NCBI GenBank assembly: GCA_043747615.1
Contig: JAYTOU010000055.1
Location: forward strand, 1-57,332
Length of the DNA stretch: 57,332 nt
Source of the DNA: Myxococcales bacterium
Lineage (GTDB): Bacteria > Myxococcota_A > Polyangia > Polyangiales > Polyangiaceae
Reading direction: 5' to 3'
Shown here: one piece after another, positions 47,604-56,852 of the stretch
Layout: the number at the start of each line of letters is the position of its first letter
How positions within the stretch are numbered: the first letter of the stretch is position 1
Translations under genes and position numbers: made by a program
The notes under the pieces: generated by a model
What the model was told of the DNA's origin: nothing
Databases searched by the model: none
What the model saw: the letters and a program-made list of their open reading frames with translations, nothing else

Positions 47604-48026
47604 TTATTTCGAAGGTTTCGCGCGCGGTCGCCACTCGATGACGGTGCGCTCGGTCACGGGTGCTGAGGAAGAGCCGCGACGTTCGAGGCGCAGGCGTTCC
47701 GCTTTGCGTCGTTTGCGATCTTCGACGTTCTCTACCGGCGGCACGTCGACCACGATCTCGCCCTCGCCGCAGACCTTCGACTGGCACGCGAGACGAAGGC
47801 CAATCACCTTCGCGACGTTGCCGAGGTGCTCGAGCTCCTGAGGACGGATCGCCGAAAGTGCCTCTTTTCCTCGAATGATCGTGATGCGACACAGGCCGCA
47901 CGTAGCGACACCGCCACATGAGGTGGCGATGGGCACGCCGTTCTTCTGAAGCACCTCGAGAAGATCTTCGCCCTCCGGAGCATCGAAGATCTGGTTCGAC
48001 GTGCCGATGCGAACGCGCGCGGTCAT
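47604..48026 (-). CDS. 2Fe-2S ferredoxin-like protein with basic C-terminal tail
   Basis: SCGGVATCGLCRI...RLACQ. Confidence 0.88.
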   Translation of the reverse strand: MTARVRIGTSNQIFDAPEGEDLLEVLQKNGVPIATSCGGVATCGLCRITIIRGKEALSAIRPQELEHLGNVAKVIGLRLACQSKVCGEGEIVVDVPPVENVEDRKRRKAERLRLERRGSSSAPVTERTVIEWRPRAKPSK

Positions 48027-48030
48027 GGCG

Positions 48031-48513
48031 CTAGTCTGACCCAGGCAAGGTAGGTGCGAAGAGCATTGTCATCGGATGAAGAACGAAGCGGAGGCGAGGA
48101 CGGCCTTTCCGGGGGACGGTGATCCCGACGACCATGGCCTTTTCCATGTCGAGCGATGCCCCCGTCAGACCGTGCACGAGATCCGACAGGTCAGGCTGGT
48201 GACCAACGAGCATGGCGTGGCTTTTTCCTGAGGAAATAAGCTCGTTTACTAGGCTCATCGCCCCCTCGCCCATACTAAGCTCGGGGCGCACTTCGACGCC
48301 GCCCTGGGAGGACGTCTCCGAGCCTACGATGCCCGCCGTTTGCGCGGCGCGAACGAGCGGGCTGGTTAGGATGACGGACGGTATTTCGCGATGACGGACG
48401 AGCTCGCGGGCGACGCTGCGTACGCGGTCGCGCCCCTTCGGGGTCAGCTCGCGAACGTCGTCCGTGGCGGCGTCGTCTTCGGCTGGGCCGTGGCGCATCA
48501 CGTAGAGCTCCAT
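48031..48513 (-). CDS. sixA: Phosphohistidine phosphatase SixA
   Basis: MELYVMRHGPAE, R.LT..G, TSPLVRA.QTA, LVGHQPD. Confidence 0.88.
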   Translation of the reverse strand: MELYVMRHGPAEDDAATDDVRELTPKGRDRVRSVARELVRHREIPSVILTSPLVRAAQTAGIVGSETSSQGGVEVRPELSMGEGAMSLVNELISSGKSHAMLVGHQPDLSDLVHGLTGASLDMEKAMVVGITVPRKGRPRLRFVLHPMTMLFAPTLPGSD

Positions 48514-48550
48514 GCACCTCTAGACTAGCGGACCCCGGCGCAGGCCGTAA

Positions 48551-49693
48551 TTAGTTGGCGGGCTTGGTTGGCGGGGTTGCCGTCGCGCCATTTGCGGGGC
48601 GCTTTCCAGCGGGTTTTTCTTCGGGTTCTTCGGTTTTGGAAGAGGTCGCCGCAGCGGCCGCGGGATCCCCCATGCGCTTGATTCCGTGCTTCTGGAGGAT
48701 CATCAGCTCGAGCTTGTCCATGAGCTCGGGGTGCTGATCGAGGTACGCCTTGGCGTTCTCCCGACCCTGACCGATGCGCTCATTCTGGAATGAGTACCAA
48801 GCGCCGCTCTTTTCGACCAAGTTCATATCGCTCGCGAGATCGATGATGTCTCCCGAGCGCGAGATGCCCTGACCGTAGAGGATGTCGAACTCCACTTCGC
48901 GGAAGGGCGGCGCCATCTTGTTCTTGACGACTTTGACGCGCGTGCGATTTCCGACGACGACGGGATCTTTCTTGTCGGACGCAGCGGCCTCTTTGATCGC
49001 GCCAATGCGGCGGATATCGAGGCGAATCGAAGAGTAGAACTTGAGCGCGTTGCCGCCCGACGTAGTTTCGGGCGAGCCGAACATGACGCCGATCTTCATG
49101 CGGATCTGGTTGATGAAGATGAGAAGGCACTTCGAGCGCGAGACGGTTGCCGTGAGCTTGCGGAGCGCTTGCGACATGAGGCGCGCCTGGAGACCGACGT
49201 GGCTGTCTCCCATTTCACCTTCGATTTCCGCCTTGGGAACGAGCGCGGCCACCGAGTCGATCACGATGATGTCGACCGCGCCGGAGCGCACGAGCATGTC
49301 GGCGATCTCGAGGGCCTGCTCGCCGAAGTCGGGCTGGGAGACGAGGAGCTCGTCCGTCTTCACGCCGAGCTTCTTGGCGTAGGTGGGATCGAGCGCGTGC
49401 TCTGCGTCGATGAACGCGGCGACGCCGCCTTGCTTCTGGGCGCTGGCGATGGCGTGGAGCGTGAGGGTCGTCTTGCCGCTCGACTCCGGGCCGTACACTT
49501 CCATGATGCGGCCGCGCGGGAATCCACCGATGCCGAGGGCAATGTCGAGGCCGATACTTCCGCTCGGGACGACGGGAAGCTCGGGCTGGTACGATTGCCC
49601 CTCTTTGAGGCGCATAATGGCGCCTTTCCCATATTCTTTTTCGATGCTGGCAACCGCGAGCTCGATGGCTTTCGAGCGATTCTTATCGTCCAT
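48551..49693 (-). CDS. recA: Recombinase RecA
   Basis: [71 protein letters not shown]. Start MDDKN has RBS GAGGGAG. Confidence 0.99.
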   Translation of the reverse strand: MDDKNRSKAIELAVASIEKEYGKGAIMRLKEGQSYQPELPVVPSGSIGLDIALGIGGFPRGRIMEVYGPESSGKTTLTLHAIASAQKQGGVAAFIDAEHALDPTYAKKLGVKTDELLVSQPDFGEQALEIADMLVRSGAVDIIVIDSVAALVPKAEIEGEMGDSHVGLQARLMSQALRKLTATVSRSKCLLIFINQIRMKIGVMFGSPETTSGGNALKFYSSIRLDIRRIGAIKEAAASDKKDPVVVGNRTRVKVVKNKMAPPFREVEFDILYGQGISRSGDIIDLASDMNLVEKSGAWYSFQNERIGQGRENAKAYLDQHPELMDKLELMILQKHGIKRMGDPAAAAATSSKTEEPEEKPAGKRPANGATATPPTKPAN

Positions 49694-49717
49694 GGTGGCG
49701 CTCTCCCTCACTGAGAT

Positions 49718-49748
49718 AGTGAACCTTTGTACTGCGTTTATGTTCAGG
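49718..49748. promoter_or_regulatory. Overlapping LexA (SOS) box candidates upstream of recA
   Basis: CTGCGTTTATGTTCAGG (49732-49748, CTR-N7-GTTCAGS architecture as recalled for Myxococcus LexA) and inverted CAGTACAAAGGTTCACT (49718-49734). Confidence 0.65.
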
Positions 49749-49940
49749 TGAAAAGAGGATTCGCCAACCGTCGTTCGATGTTCGTTTAGACTTGCCTCAC
49801 GTCTCCGCTGCGACGCCTCGTTCACGCCACGTGCGAACTACCTTTCACAACATGGGGGGTCGCAGTAGTGAATCGCTCGATAAACGAAGCACGGCGCAGC
49901 GCGGCAAAACCAGGGCACACCCCTTGCTGGTCAGGAGGGA

Positions 49941-50072
49941 ATGTCCAGGAATGTCATCGAGGATAGCGAGCCCATGCCGGCGCCCGCGCAAGAGCCGCAC
50001 TCTGAATTGGACCTGACGCTGCTTCTCGTCAAGGAGGACGATCTCTACGACAACATGCCCTGCACCGACTGA
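49941..50072 (+). CDS. Unannotated 43-aa acidic peptide ending DLYDNMPCTD
   Basis: RBS AGGAGG just upstream; GC3-rich codons; MSRNVIEDSEPMPAPAQEPHSELDLTLLLVKEDDLYDNMPCTD*. Below the ORF-track length cutoff. Confidence 0.65.
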   Translation: MSRNVIEDSEPMPAPAQEPHSELDLTLLLVKEDDLYDNMPCTD

Positions 50073-50109
50073 GGCCGCAGCTGCTGGGGATGCCTGGGAG
50101 CTTGCGGCC

Positions 50110-50445
50110 ATGAGGGCCGATCTCGAGCGCTTGGTGAATCGGTTGCTCGCGGGATCGACGACGGAGATTTCGCTCGACGCGCTGGGGGCGGCTGTCGGCG
50201 ATGTTGCGGTCTCGACGGACGAGCTCGACGCCATGATCTCGGCGTTGGAGGCCAAAGGGAGAACCGTCGGCACCCACTCCGGAAAGAGCGGCGTGGCGAT
50301 GCTTCACTCCGTGCTCGAAGCCGCGCGCGAGATTTCCGAGGAGCGCGGCAAGAAACCGACGCAGACGGAAATCGCTGAGCGGAGTGGCCTCACGCTGGAT
50401 GAGGTTCGCCAAGCCCTCGCGCTCGCTCGCGTGATGCAGCGGTGA
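50110..50445 (+). CDS. Small protein with sigma70 region-1.1-like and region-3-like segments
   Basis: ISLDALGAAVGDVAVSTDELDAMISALEAKG resembles region 1.1; AREISEERGKKPTQTEIAERSGLTLDEVRQAL resembles region 3. Confidence 0.65.
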   Translation: MRADLERLVNRLLAGSTTEISLDALGAAVGDVAVSTDELDAMISALEAKGRTVGTHSGKSGVAMLHSVLEAAREISEERGKKPTQTEIAERSGLTLDEVRQALALARVMQR

Positions 50446-50556
50446 GGAGACGTCGGATCGACACGGCGCTCAACGATCTCGCGAGCGGCCGCCCGCTGGC
50501 CACGAGGGAAACGTCGGCCTAGGGGTGCGGCGTCAAGTGTTGTTAGGATCGCCAGA

Positions 50557-50994
50557 GTGAGCGGGGACGACGCGAAGGATCAGAAGCTGCGGGCGCCCGC
50601 GCCGACCGATTCGCTCGCGCTCGGCAACCCACCCCCCAACGGTGCGGAGACGCCCGACCTGACGGACACGCTCTCGCTTACGGAGACCCTCAAGATTGTC
50701 GACGCGCCTGTCGTCGAGGGCGTGCCTGAGATCGCGGTGGCACCGTTTCGCCGCGCAGGAAAAGGACGCCTGCGAGAACAGGTCGTGCGCTCGCCGGTGT
50801 CCGAGGCTCCGAAGCAATTCATCGTCGCCACGAAGCCGCCAAAGCTGGGCGTCACTCTTCGGCAGGTGACACAGCTCACGTTCGTGGTGGCCCTCATTGG
50901 CTATCTGCTCCTCGCCTACCTGAAGATGCGAACGGTAACCGAGGTACAAAAAGCCGTTAGCAAGACCGCCGCAAAATCGACGGACACGCTCTGA
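50557..50994 (+). CDS. Hypothetical protein with a single C-terminal TM helix
   Basis: Disordered N-terminus; hydrophobic LTFVVALIGYLLLAYL. Confidence 0.55.
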   Translation: MSGDDAKDQKLRAPAPTDSLALGNPPPNGAETPDLTDTLSLTETLKIVDAPVVEGVPEIAVAPFRRAGKGRLREQVVRSPVSEAPKQFIVATKPPKLGVTLRQVTQLTFVVALIGYLLLAYLKMRTVTEVQKAVSKTAAKSTDTL

Positions 50995-51014
50995 GCGAAA
51001 AAGTAGGAGAAAAG

Positions 51015-51272
51015 TTAGGGGGTCTTGGTGCGCAGGCTGTCGACCGCGTGCACGGGCGCCGCGTCCCCGGCCATCAGGTGGGTGATCGCGCCGTACACCA
51101 TGCGCTGGCACTCGAGCTTGCTCACATTGGCGAAGAGCGCCGACGTGACCACGATCGAGAAGTGACCTCCGCCGCCTTCGACTTCGACGACGCTACCGGG
51201 AAGCTTCTCGACGATCGCGTTGCGAACGGCGTCGGTGATCGAGCCCTGAAAATTCGTGAGATGGTGTCCCAT
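51015..51272 (-). CDS. bolA: BolA/IbaG family protein
   Basis: GGGHFSIVVTS..F...SKL..QRMVY.AI...M.....PVHA; start MGHHL. Confidence 0.88.
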   Translation of the reverse strand: MGHHLTNFQGSITDAVRNAIVEKLPGSVVEVEGGGGHFSIVVTSALFANVSKLECQRMVYGAITHLMAGDAAPVHAVDSLRTKTP

Positions 51273-51279
51273 TGGTTCC

Positions 51280-52197
51280 TCAGTATTTCGGGACCGACGG
51301 GTCGACCGTTCTCGACCATGCATCGATGCCGCCTTCGACGTTGTAAATTTTCTTGAAGCCCTCGCGGAGAAAATGCTCGGCGGCGGAGCGACTACGAACG
51401 CCGTGGTGGCAATAGAAAACGAGGGTCGTGTCGCGGGGGAGCTCGGCGAGGAAGTCCTGTCCGGGCTCATCGAGGAGGCGCGAGGGCTCGATCTTCGCGA
51501 TCTCGCGCTCGGCCGGTGCGCGTACGTCGAAGAGGTGCATCTTCTCCCCCTTGCTCATCATCTCTTGCAGCGCCTTCGGGGCGAGCGGGCGGACCTTCGG
51601 CGGCTCCTGAGGATTTTCGATCTTGAAGCCGCCAGCACCGTCGGCGATCACGAAATCGATCGACATGCCGTCTGCGCGGCGGGCGCTGGCGGCGTCGAAG
51701 AGGAAGGTGAGCCCACCCGCTTCGGCCTCGATGTCCCCTTTTTCTTTCTTGTCGAGAAAGAGCTCGTACTCGAACTTCGCGCTGATTTGCACGCGGGGGT
51801 GATCCTCTGGCCCCTCGGCTGCGTCCTTGAATGCCTTGGCGGCGGCGGCGGTCACGGTCATCTTGGGGATCTTCGTTTCCAAGGGTTGGACGCCCAAGAG
51901 CGCCTGCAGCTCGCCCGCCTCGAACATGTCCCGGATGATGTCGCAGCCGCCGACGAACTCCCCGTTCACGTAAAGCTGCGGGATCGTCGGCCACTTCGAG
52001 TAGACCTTGATGCCGTCCCGGATCGCGGGGTCAGAAAGAACGTTGACGGTCTTGTAAGACGGGACGAGCTGGTCGAGGATTCCCACGACCGTCGCCGAAA
52101 AACCGCACTGGGGAAATTGCCGGTTCCCTTTCATGAAGAGGACGACTTTGTCGGAGCGAACGAGATCGGAGAGTTGCGAATCAATGGAGTGCGTCAT
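51280..52197 (-). CDS. grxD: Monothiol glutaredoxin Grx4 fused to an IscA-like domain and a rhodanese domain
   Basis: VLFMKG....[25 protein letters not shown]; middle MTVTAAA...DGMSIDF...GFKIENP; C-terminal DVR...[24 protein letters not shown]. Confidence 0.88.
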   Translation of the reverse strand: MTHSIDSQLSDLVRSDKVVLFMKGNRQFPQCGFSATVVGILDQLVPSYKTVNVLSDPAIRDGIKVYSKWPTIPQLYVNGEFVGGCDIIRDMFEAGELQALLGVQPLETKIPKMTVTAAAAKAFKDAAEGPEDHPRVQISAKFEYELFLDKKEKGDIEAEAGGLTFLFDAASARRADGMSIDFVIADGAGGFKIENPQEPPKVRPLAPKALQEMMSKGEKMHLFDVRAPAEREIAKIEPSRLLDEPGQDFLAELPRDTTLVFYCHHGVRSRSAAEHFLREGFKKIYNVEGGIDAWSRTVDPSVPKY

Positions 52198-52251
52198 GGC
52201 CTCCGTTAGGTGCAACACGGATCACGCCCCGTCAAGCTCGACGCACGGTCA

Positions 52252-53199
52252 ATGAGCGCTTCCGACTCGAAAAATCCTGCTGTTTTCTGCGCTGGGCTGG
52301 TGAAGCACTACGGCCACGTGACAGCAGTGGACGGGCTCGATTTCGAGGTGGCGATGGGAGAGTGCTTCGGGCTCCTCGGCCCGAACGGCGCTGGCAAGAC
52401 CACCACGGTGGAAATCCTGGAAGGGCTCGTTCTGCCGACGTCGGGCACCGTAAAGCTCCTCGGAAAGAGCTGGGAGACCGATGAGCGCTACCTACGCGAA
52501 CGGGTCGGCGTCTCTCTGCAGGAAACCAATCTGCCCGACAAGCTGACGGTGCGCGAAACGGTGGAGCTATTTCGCTCGTTCTACTCGAGAGGATACGAGG
52601 TCGAGGACACCATCAACCTCGTCGCGCTCGGCGAAAAAGAGAATGCAAAGAACGAGACCCTGTCTGGCGGACAGCGGCAACGTCTCGGGCTTGCCTGCGC
52701 GCTCGTGAGCGATCCGGCGCTCCTCTTCCTCGACGAGCCGACCACCGGGCTCGATCCGCAGGCGCGACGCTCTCTGTGGGAAGTGGTGCAGGCGTTCAAA
52801 GAAGACGGCGCCTCGGTGCTCCTGACCACGCACTACATGGATGAAGCCGAGCGCCTGTGCGATCGGATCGGCGTAGTCGACCACGGAAAGATGATCGCCA
52901 CGGGGACGCCTAAAGAGCTCATCGCGACCCTCGGCGGCCAGCAGATCATAGACCTCACGATCGAGCATCACCCGGAGAAGAAGCTCGATCTCGATACGGT
53001 CGCGAAAATCGGCGGCGTGCATTCCGCGAAATTGCACACCGGGGTCGTATCGCTCGCCGTCGATCAGTTGCACACGGTGCTGCCGGCGATCCTCGCGCAT
53101 CTCGACGCGGCGGGGCTGAAGCTGACGAACCTTTCGACGCACCACGCAACGCTCGAGGACGTGTTCGTGAATCTGACCGGGAGGCAGCTTCGTGAGTAA
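52252..53199 (+). CDS. ABC-2 type exporter ATP-binding protein
   Basis: GPNGAGKTT, LSGGQRQR, FLDEPTTGLDP, TTHYMDEAE, TLEDVF. Confidence 0.93.
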   Translation: MSASDSKNPAVFCAGLVKHYGHVTAVDGLDFEVAMGECFGLLGPNGAGKTTTVEILEGLVLPTSGTVKLLGKSWETDERYLRERVGVSLQETNLPDKLTVRETVELFRSFYSRGYEVEDTINLVALGEKENAKNETLSGGQRQRLGLACALVSDPALLFLDEPTTGLDPQARRSLWEVVQAFKEDGASVLLTTHYMDEAERLCDRIGVVDHGKMIATGTPKELIATLGGQQIIDLTIEHHPEKKLDLDTVAKIGGVHSAKLHTGVVSLAVDQLHTVLPAILAHLDAAGLKLTNLSTHHATLEDVFVNLTGRQLRE

Positions 53200-54283
53200 A
53201 GCCGACGGCGCCCCCACCACGACGCGTCCCCTGGAGAACCAACGGCTGGCCTCGATCAAGGCTCTGGCTCTTGCGCGCTGGCGCGAGCTCTATCGCGAGC
53301 CGGGGACGCTTTTCTGGATGTTCGGTTTTCCGCTCGTTCTGTCGATCGCGCTCGGGATGGCGTTTCGCAGTCAGAAGCCGGAGCCCACGTACGTTGCGGT
53401 GATTTCTGGGCCGGAGGCGGAGCAGCTCCGGGCGCTGCTCGCGGCGAGCCCGGACGTCAGCCCCACGGTGCTCGACGAACCGGCGGCCCACGCCCAGCTC
53501 AAGTCCGGGAAAATAGCCCTCGTCGTGATTCCCCCTGCTCGGCACGGAGCGCCCATCACCTACCGCTTCGATCCCACCCGCCCGGAGAGCCGTCTCAGTC
53601 GGGCGCTGGTAGACGACGCTCTTCAGCGCGGCTCGGGTCGCGTCGATCTGGTGGTCACCGCAAATCAAAATGTGATCGAGCCTGGCTCGCGCTACATCGA
53701 TTTTTTGATTCCCGGTCTCCTCGGAATGGGAATCATGTCGAGCGGGCTGTGGGGCTTCGGCTTCGCGCTCGCGGAGATGCGCGCACGAAAATTGTTGAAG
53801 CGGTTGATCGCCACGCCGATGCGGAGGTCGGATTTTCTCCTCTCCTTCCTTCTCGTGCGCGCGCTCCTTCTCAGCGCCGAGCTGCCGCCACTCCTTATTT
53901 TTTCCTACTTCGCATTTCACGTCGGCGTCGCGGGATCGATTCTCCTTCTGTCGAGCGTCGCCCTGATCGGCGCGATGGTCTTCACGATGATGGGCCTGCT
54001 TCTGGCCTCCCGTTCGCAGAGCCCGCAGATCGTCACCGGCCTCATCAACATCGTGACGTTGCCGATGTACATGTGCTCGGGCGTCTTCTTTTCGGCGGCG
54101 CGTTTCCCCGATTGGCTTCAGCCGTTCATCCGCGCCTTGCCGCTCACCGCCCTCATCGACTCGATGCGCGCCGTGATGATCGACGGCGCGAGCCTTCGCC
54201 AGATCGCCGGGCCCGTGCTCATTCTCGTAGCTTGGGGTGTAGGCTCGTTCGCCCTCGCCATCCGCCTTTTCAAGTGGCGCTGA
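53192..54283 (+). CDS. ABC-2 type exporter permease
   Basis: REPGTLFWMFGFP, RYIDFLIPG, LKRLIATP, SGVFF....P.WLQ...LPLT; overlaps the ATPase stop. Confidence 0.92.
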   Translation: MSKADGAPTTTRPLENQRLASIKALALARWRELYREPGTLFWMFGFPLVLSIALGMAFRSQKPEPTYVAVISGPEAEQLRALLAASPDVSPTVLDEPAAHAQLKSGKIALVVIPPARHGAPITYRFDPTRPESRLSRALVDDALQRGSGRVDLVVTANQNVIEPGSRYIDFLIPGLLGMGIMSSGLWGFGFALAEMRARKLLKRLIATPMRRSDFLLSFLLVRALLLSAELPPLLIFSYFAFHVGVAGSILLLSSVALIGAMVFTMMGLLLASRSQSPQIVTGLINIVTLPMYMCSGVFFSAARFPDWLQPFIRALPLTALIDSMRAVMIDGASLRQIAGPVLILVAWGVGSFALAIRLFKWR

Positions 54284-54296
54284 GCCCGAGAGCTCG

Positions 54297-55430
54297 TTAG
54301 TTTCCGCCGCAGGATTGGAGCAGGTTGCTGCAGGGGACGCAGGCTCCGAAGCCGCCGGCGACCGGGTCGCAGTACATGTGAATGTTGTGGTCGCTCGAAC
54401 CGAATACCTCGCTCAGAAGTAGCCCGCTCGCGAGTCCGCCGAGGACTCCGAAGGCTTGGCTCGCCACGCTGTCGACGTTGATGTTCTGGCAATCGGTGTC
54501 GACGCGGCAGGGGACGCACACGCCGCAGCTGAGGGAGGCATCGCCTTGCCCGACGGTGAGCGCCGCGCACGAAGACATCGGGTACGTGATGTTCGCGTCG
54601 TGGATCCCGTGGATCCCCGTGACGTCGCGCAGGAGCTTGCCGACGTTGATCGAAGCGCCCACGCCAGCGCAGTCGGTGTCGGTCGAGCATGTGTTGGTCA
54701 CGCGGTCGAAGGGCGCGGGCAAGGTCACGACTCCGGAGCCGAGGTCCGAGCAACCGCTCGCGGCGACGCCGCATTTGCCGACACCACCGTTGAGCGGCAG
54801 GTGACAGGTGGTCGCCGTTCCGCCGCAACCGGCGCAATCCTGGTCACTCTGGCAGGCACCAGCGCTATCGCCTCCGCACTTCTTCGTGCAAGTGCCGTTG
54901 GCCGTGCACTGCTGACCGACGGGGCAGGCGTACGTGGGCGAGCACTGCGCGCACTTGTTGGCGTTGCAGGCGTGGGCTTGGTGACCGGCGGTGCCGCCGC
55001 ACGACGCACAGTCATTCGCGGTCGCGCAGCTCGAAGGGCAGTTGGGGACACACTTGTTGGCTTCGCACTTTTCCGTTCCCGTGCAGCTCGTCGTGTCATC
55101 GGCGGTGCAGGGGACGCACTTGCTGGAGCCGGTATCGCAAACATGGTGCATCGGGTCGCAGCCGCCGCAGTCGGCGTTCGCCGTGCAGCTGATGGTCGGT
55201 GTGCCTGTCGCGTCGGTCGAACAGCTCGGTGCGGTTCCTGCTCCTCCTCCGCCGCCGGAGCCGCCACCCTTCGCTCCTTTGCCGTCGGCGGCGCACTGAG
55301 ACGCTCCGCTACAGACCGGCGTCTCCCAGCCCGCGGCTCCATTCGGCTCGGCGTTCGATGCGCACGCACCGAGGAGCAGGGCAAACAGCGCGACGACCGT
55401 CGTGGAAAGGCGAGTCAGAGTTGTAGTCAT
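54297..55430 (-). CDS. Cys-rich lipoprotein (myxobacterial disulfide-repeat type)
   Basis: Lipobox LLGAC; repeated C....DC..C modules; Gly linker. Confidence 0.75.
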   Translation of the reverse strand: MTTTLTRLSTTVVALFALLLGACASNAEPNGAAGWETPVCSGASQCAADGKGAKGGGSGGGGGAGTAPSCSTDATGTPTISCTANADCGGCDPMHHVCDTGSSKCVPCTADDTTSCTGTEKCEANKCVPNCPSSCATANDCASCGGTAGHQAHACNANKCAQCSPTYACPVGQQCTANGTCTKKCGGDSAGACQSDQDCAGCGGTATTCHLPLNGGVGKCGVAASGCSDLGSGVVTLPAPFDRVTNTCSTDTDCAGVGASINVGKLLRDVTGIHGIHDANITYPMSSCAALTVGQGDASLSCGVCVPCRVDTDCQNINVDSVASQAFGVLGGLASGLLLSEVFGSSDHNIHMYCDPVAGGFGACVPCSNLLQSCGGN

Positions 55431-55571
55431 GTTGCCTACATCAGAGCAGAATCTGCGCCAGCGGCTTTCTTGGCTTATTTTGCGGAGATTTGCGCGTTAG
55501 GCGTCGTGCAGCATTAGGAATCTGGATCCGAAAAGTGGATACGTGGGGATCCATCGGCGCACCATGGGGCG

Positions 55572-56267
55572 GTGAGCACCCCAACGTCACGCAGCGTCCG
55601 CGCCCGCCTGATCGTCGATCGCGATCACTACGTCACGCTGATCAAGGCCATCGAGGACGCGAAGGTCTCGGTATGGATCTCCACGGCCAACGTTAAGTCG
55701 ATGATGATCGAAGCGCCCGTCGGGACAGTGGCCCGCGCCCGAGGGAAGTACGTGTCCATCCTCGACACGTTCGACGGCCTCGCGCGACGCGGCGTCGACC
55801 TCCGACTGCTGCACGCAGGACTCCCGTCGGGCCCCTTTCGCAACGAGCTTCGCAAGCACCCCGGCCTCGTCACGCAAAAGAAGACGGTCCCGCGCGACAA
55901 GTCATCACGCGGCCTTGCCATCCGCCAGTGTCCGCGTGTGCATCTGAAGGTGATCGCCATCGACGGTCGACTGCTTTACCTCGGCAGCGCGAATTTCACA
56001 GGAGCAGGTCTGGGCGCAAAAGGGGACGGGCGCCGAAACTTCGAGCTGGGCATTCTCACGGACGACGACGTGATGCTCGATACGGCTCAGGAGCGCTTCG
56101 AGGCGATCTGGTCTGGTAAGGAGTGCAAGGGTTGCAAGGTGCGTCGCTTTTGCCCGGCCCCGCTTGACCAGCAAACGATCGCTGGCAAGAGAATGCAAAA
56201 GCTGCGTGTCCTCGGCACGAGTGAGGCGTCGCTCCCTGAGCAATCGAAAGTGCCAACGTCGCTTTGA
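55572..56267 (+). CDS. Phospholipase D superfamily protein, single HKD motif
   Basis: VHLKVIAIDG...LGSANFT...NFELG; C-terminal CKGC.....CP. Confidence 0.85.
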   Translation: MSTPTSRSVRARLIVDRDHYVTLIKAIEDAKVSVWISTANVKSMMIEAPVGTVARARGKYVSILDTFDGLARRGVDLRLLHAGLPSGPFRNELRKHPGLVTQKKTVPRDKSSRGLAIRQCPRVHLKVIAIDGRLLYLGSANFTGAGLGAKGDGRRNFELGILTDDDVMLDTAQERFEAIWSGKECKGCKVRRFCPAPLDQQTIAGKRMQKLRVLGTSEASLPEQSKVPTSL

Positions 56268-56315
56268 GAAACCGCGAGAAATCGCGGGAAAATGGGGTGG
56301 CGACCGGGCGAACTC

Positions 56316-56852
56316 TTATTGGAGCGCCGGATTGCACATGGCCTTCGTGCAGACGTAGGTCAGCTTTCCGGCGGAACTCCGCGCGCATTGGCAGTAATCG
56401 AGGAGGTGGATTTCGAACGACCTCTCGGGGCACAGGTCGCCCTCGAAGAAGCAGGACCGTCCAAGCGTGTCGCACGTGACCCCGCTCGCATCGGCTAGCG
56501 TCGTTGGGCACGGTTCAGTGCTCGGTGCCGCATTCTTGACACATTGAGGCGGCGAACCGGGCAGGACGTCGCCGGTGGAATCGGTACACGCGAAGCGGCC
56601 GCCGTTGCATGTGCACTGCGCGAGCTGACTGAGGGCCTCACATGCGACGACGAAATCGCACGCCATGCCTTCCTTCGCGCAGGCTTTCCCGTTCGTGCGA
56701 TCGATGTCCGCCGTGCAGGCAGTGAGCGCCGCCTGCTGCTTTGGATCTTCGGTAGAGCCCGCGGCATTCGAGCTTGCCCCGCACGCCATGGCGTGAGCGC
56801 TGAGTGTGAGAAGGATCAACGAACGACCGATGGAGCGATACCCTTCGCGCAT
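56316..56852 (-). CDS. Cys-rich lipoprotein with two related modules
   Basis: Signal ending AMAC; two C...G..C...G..C.F...C....CxC..G...C units. Confidence 0.7.
   Translation of the reverse strand: MREGYRSIGRSLILLTLSAHAMACGASSNAAGSTEDPKQQAALTACTADIDRTNGKACAKEGMACDFVVACEALSQLAQCTCNGGRFACTDSTGDVLPGSPPQCVKNAAPSTEPCPTTLADASGVTCDTLGRSCFFEGDLCPERSFEIHLLDYCQCARSSAGKLTYVCTKAMCNPALQ

Noticed and set aside
49694..49825. 44-aa N-terminal extension of RecA in the ORF track
   Set aside because: True similarity begins at MDDKN (49693), which has an RBS; the extension covers the promoter and SOS boxes.
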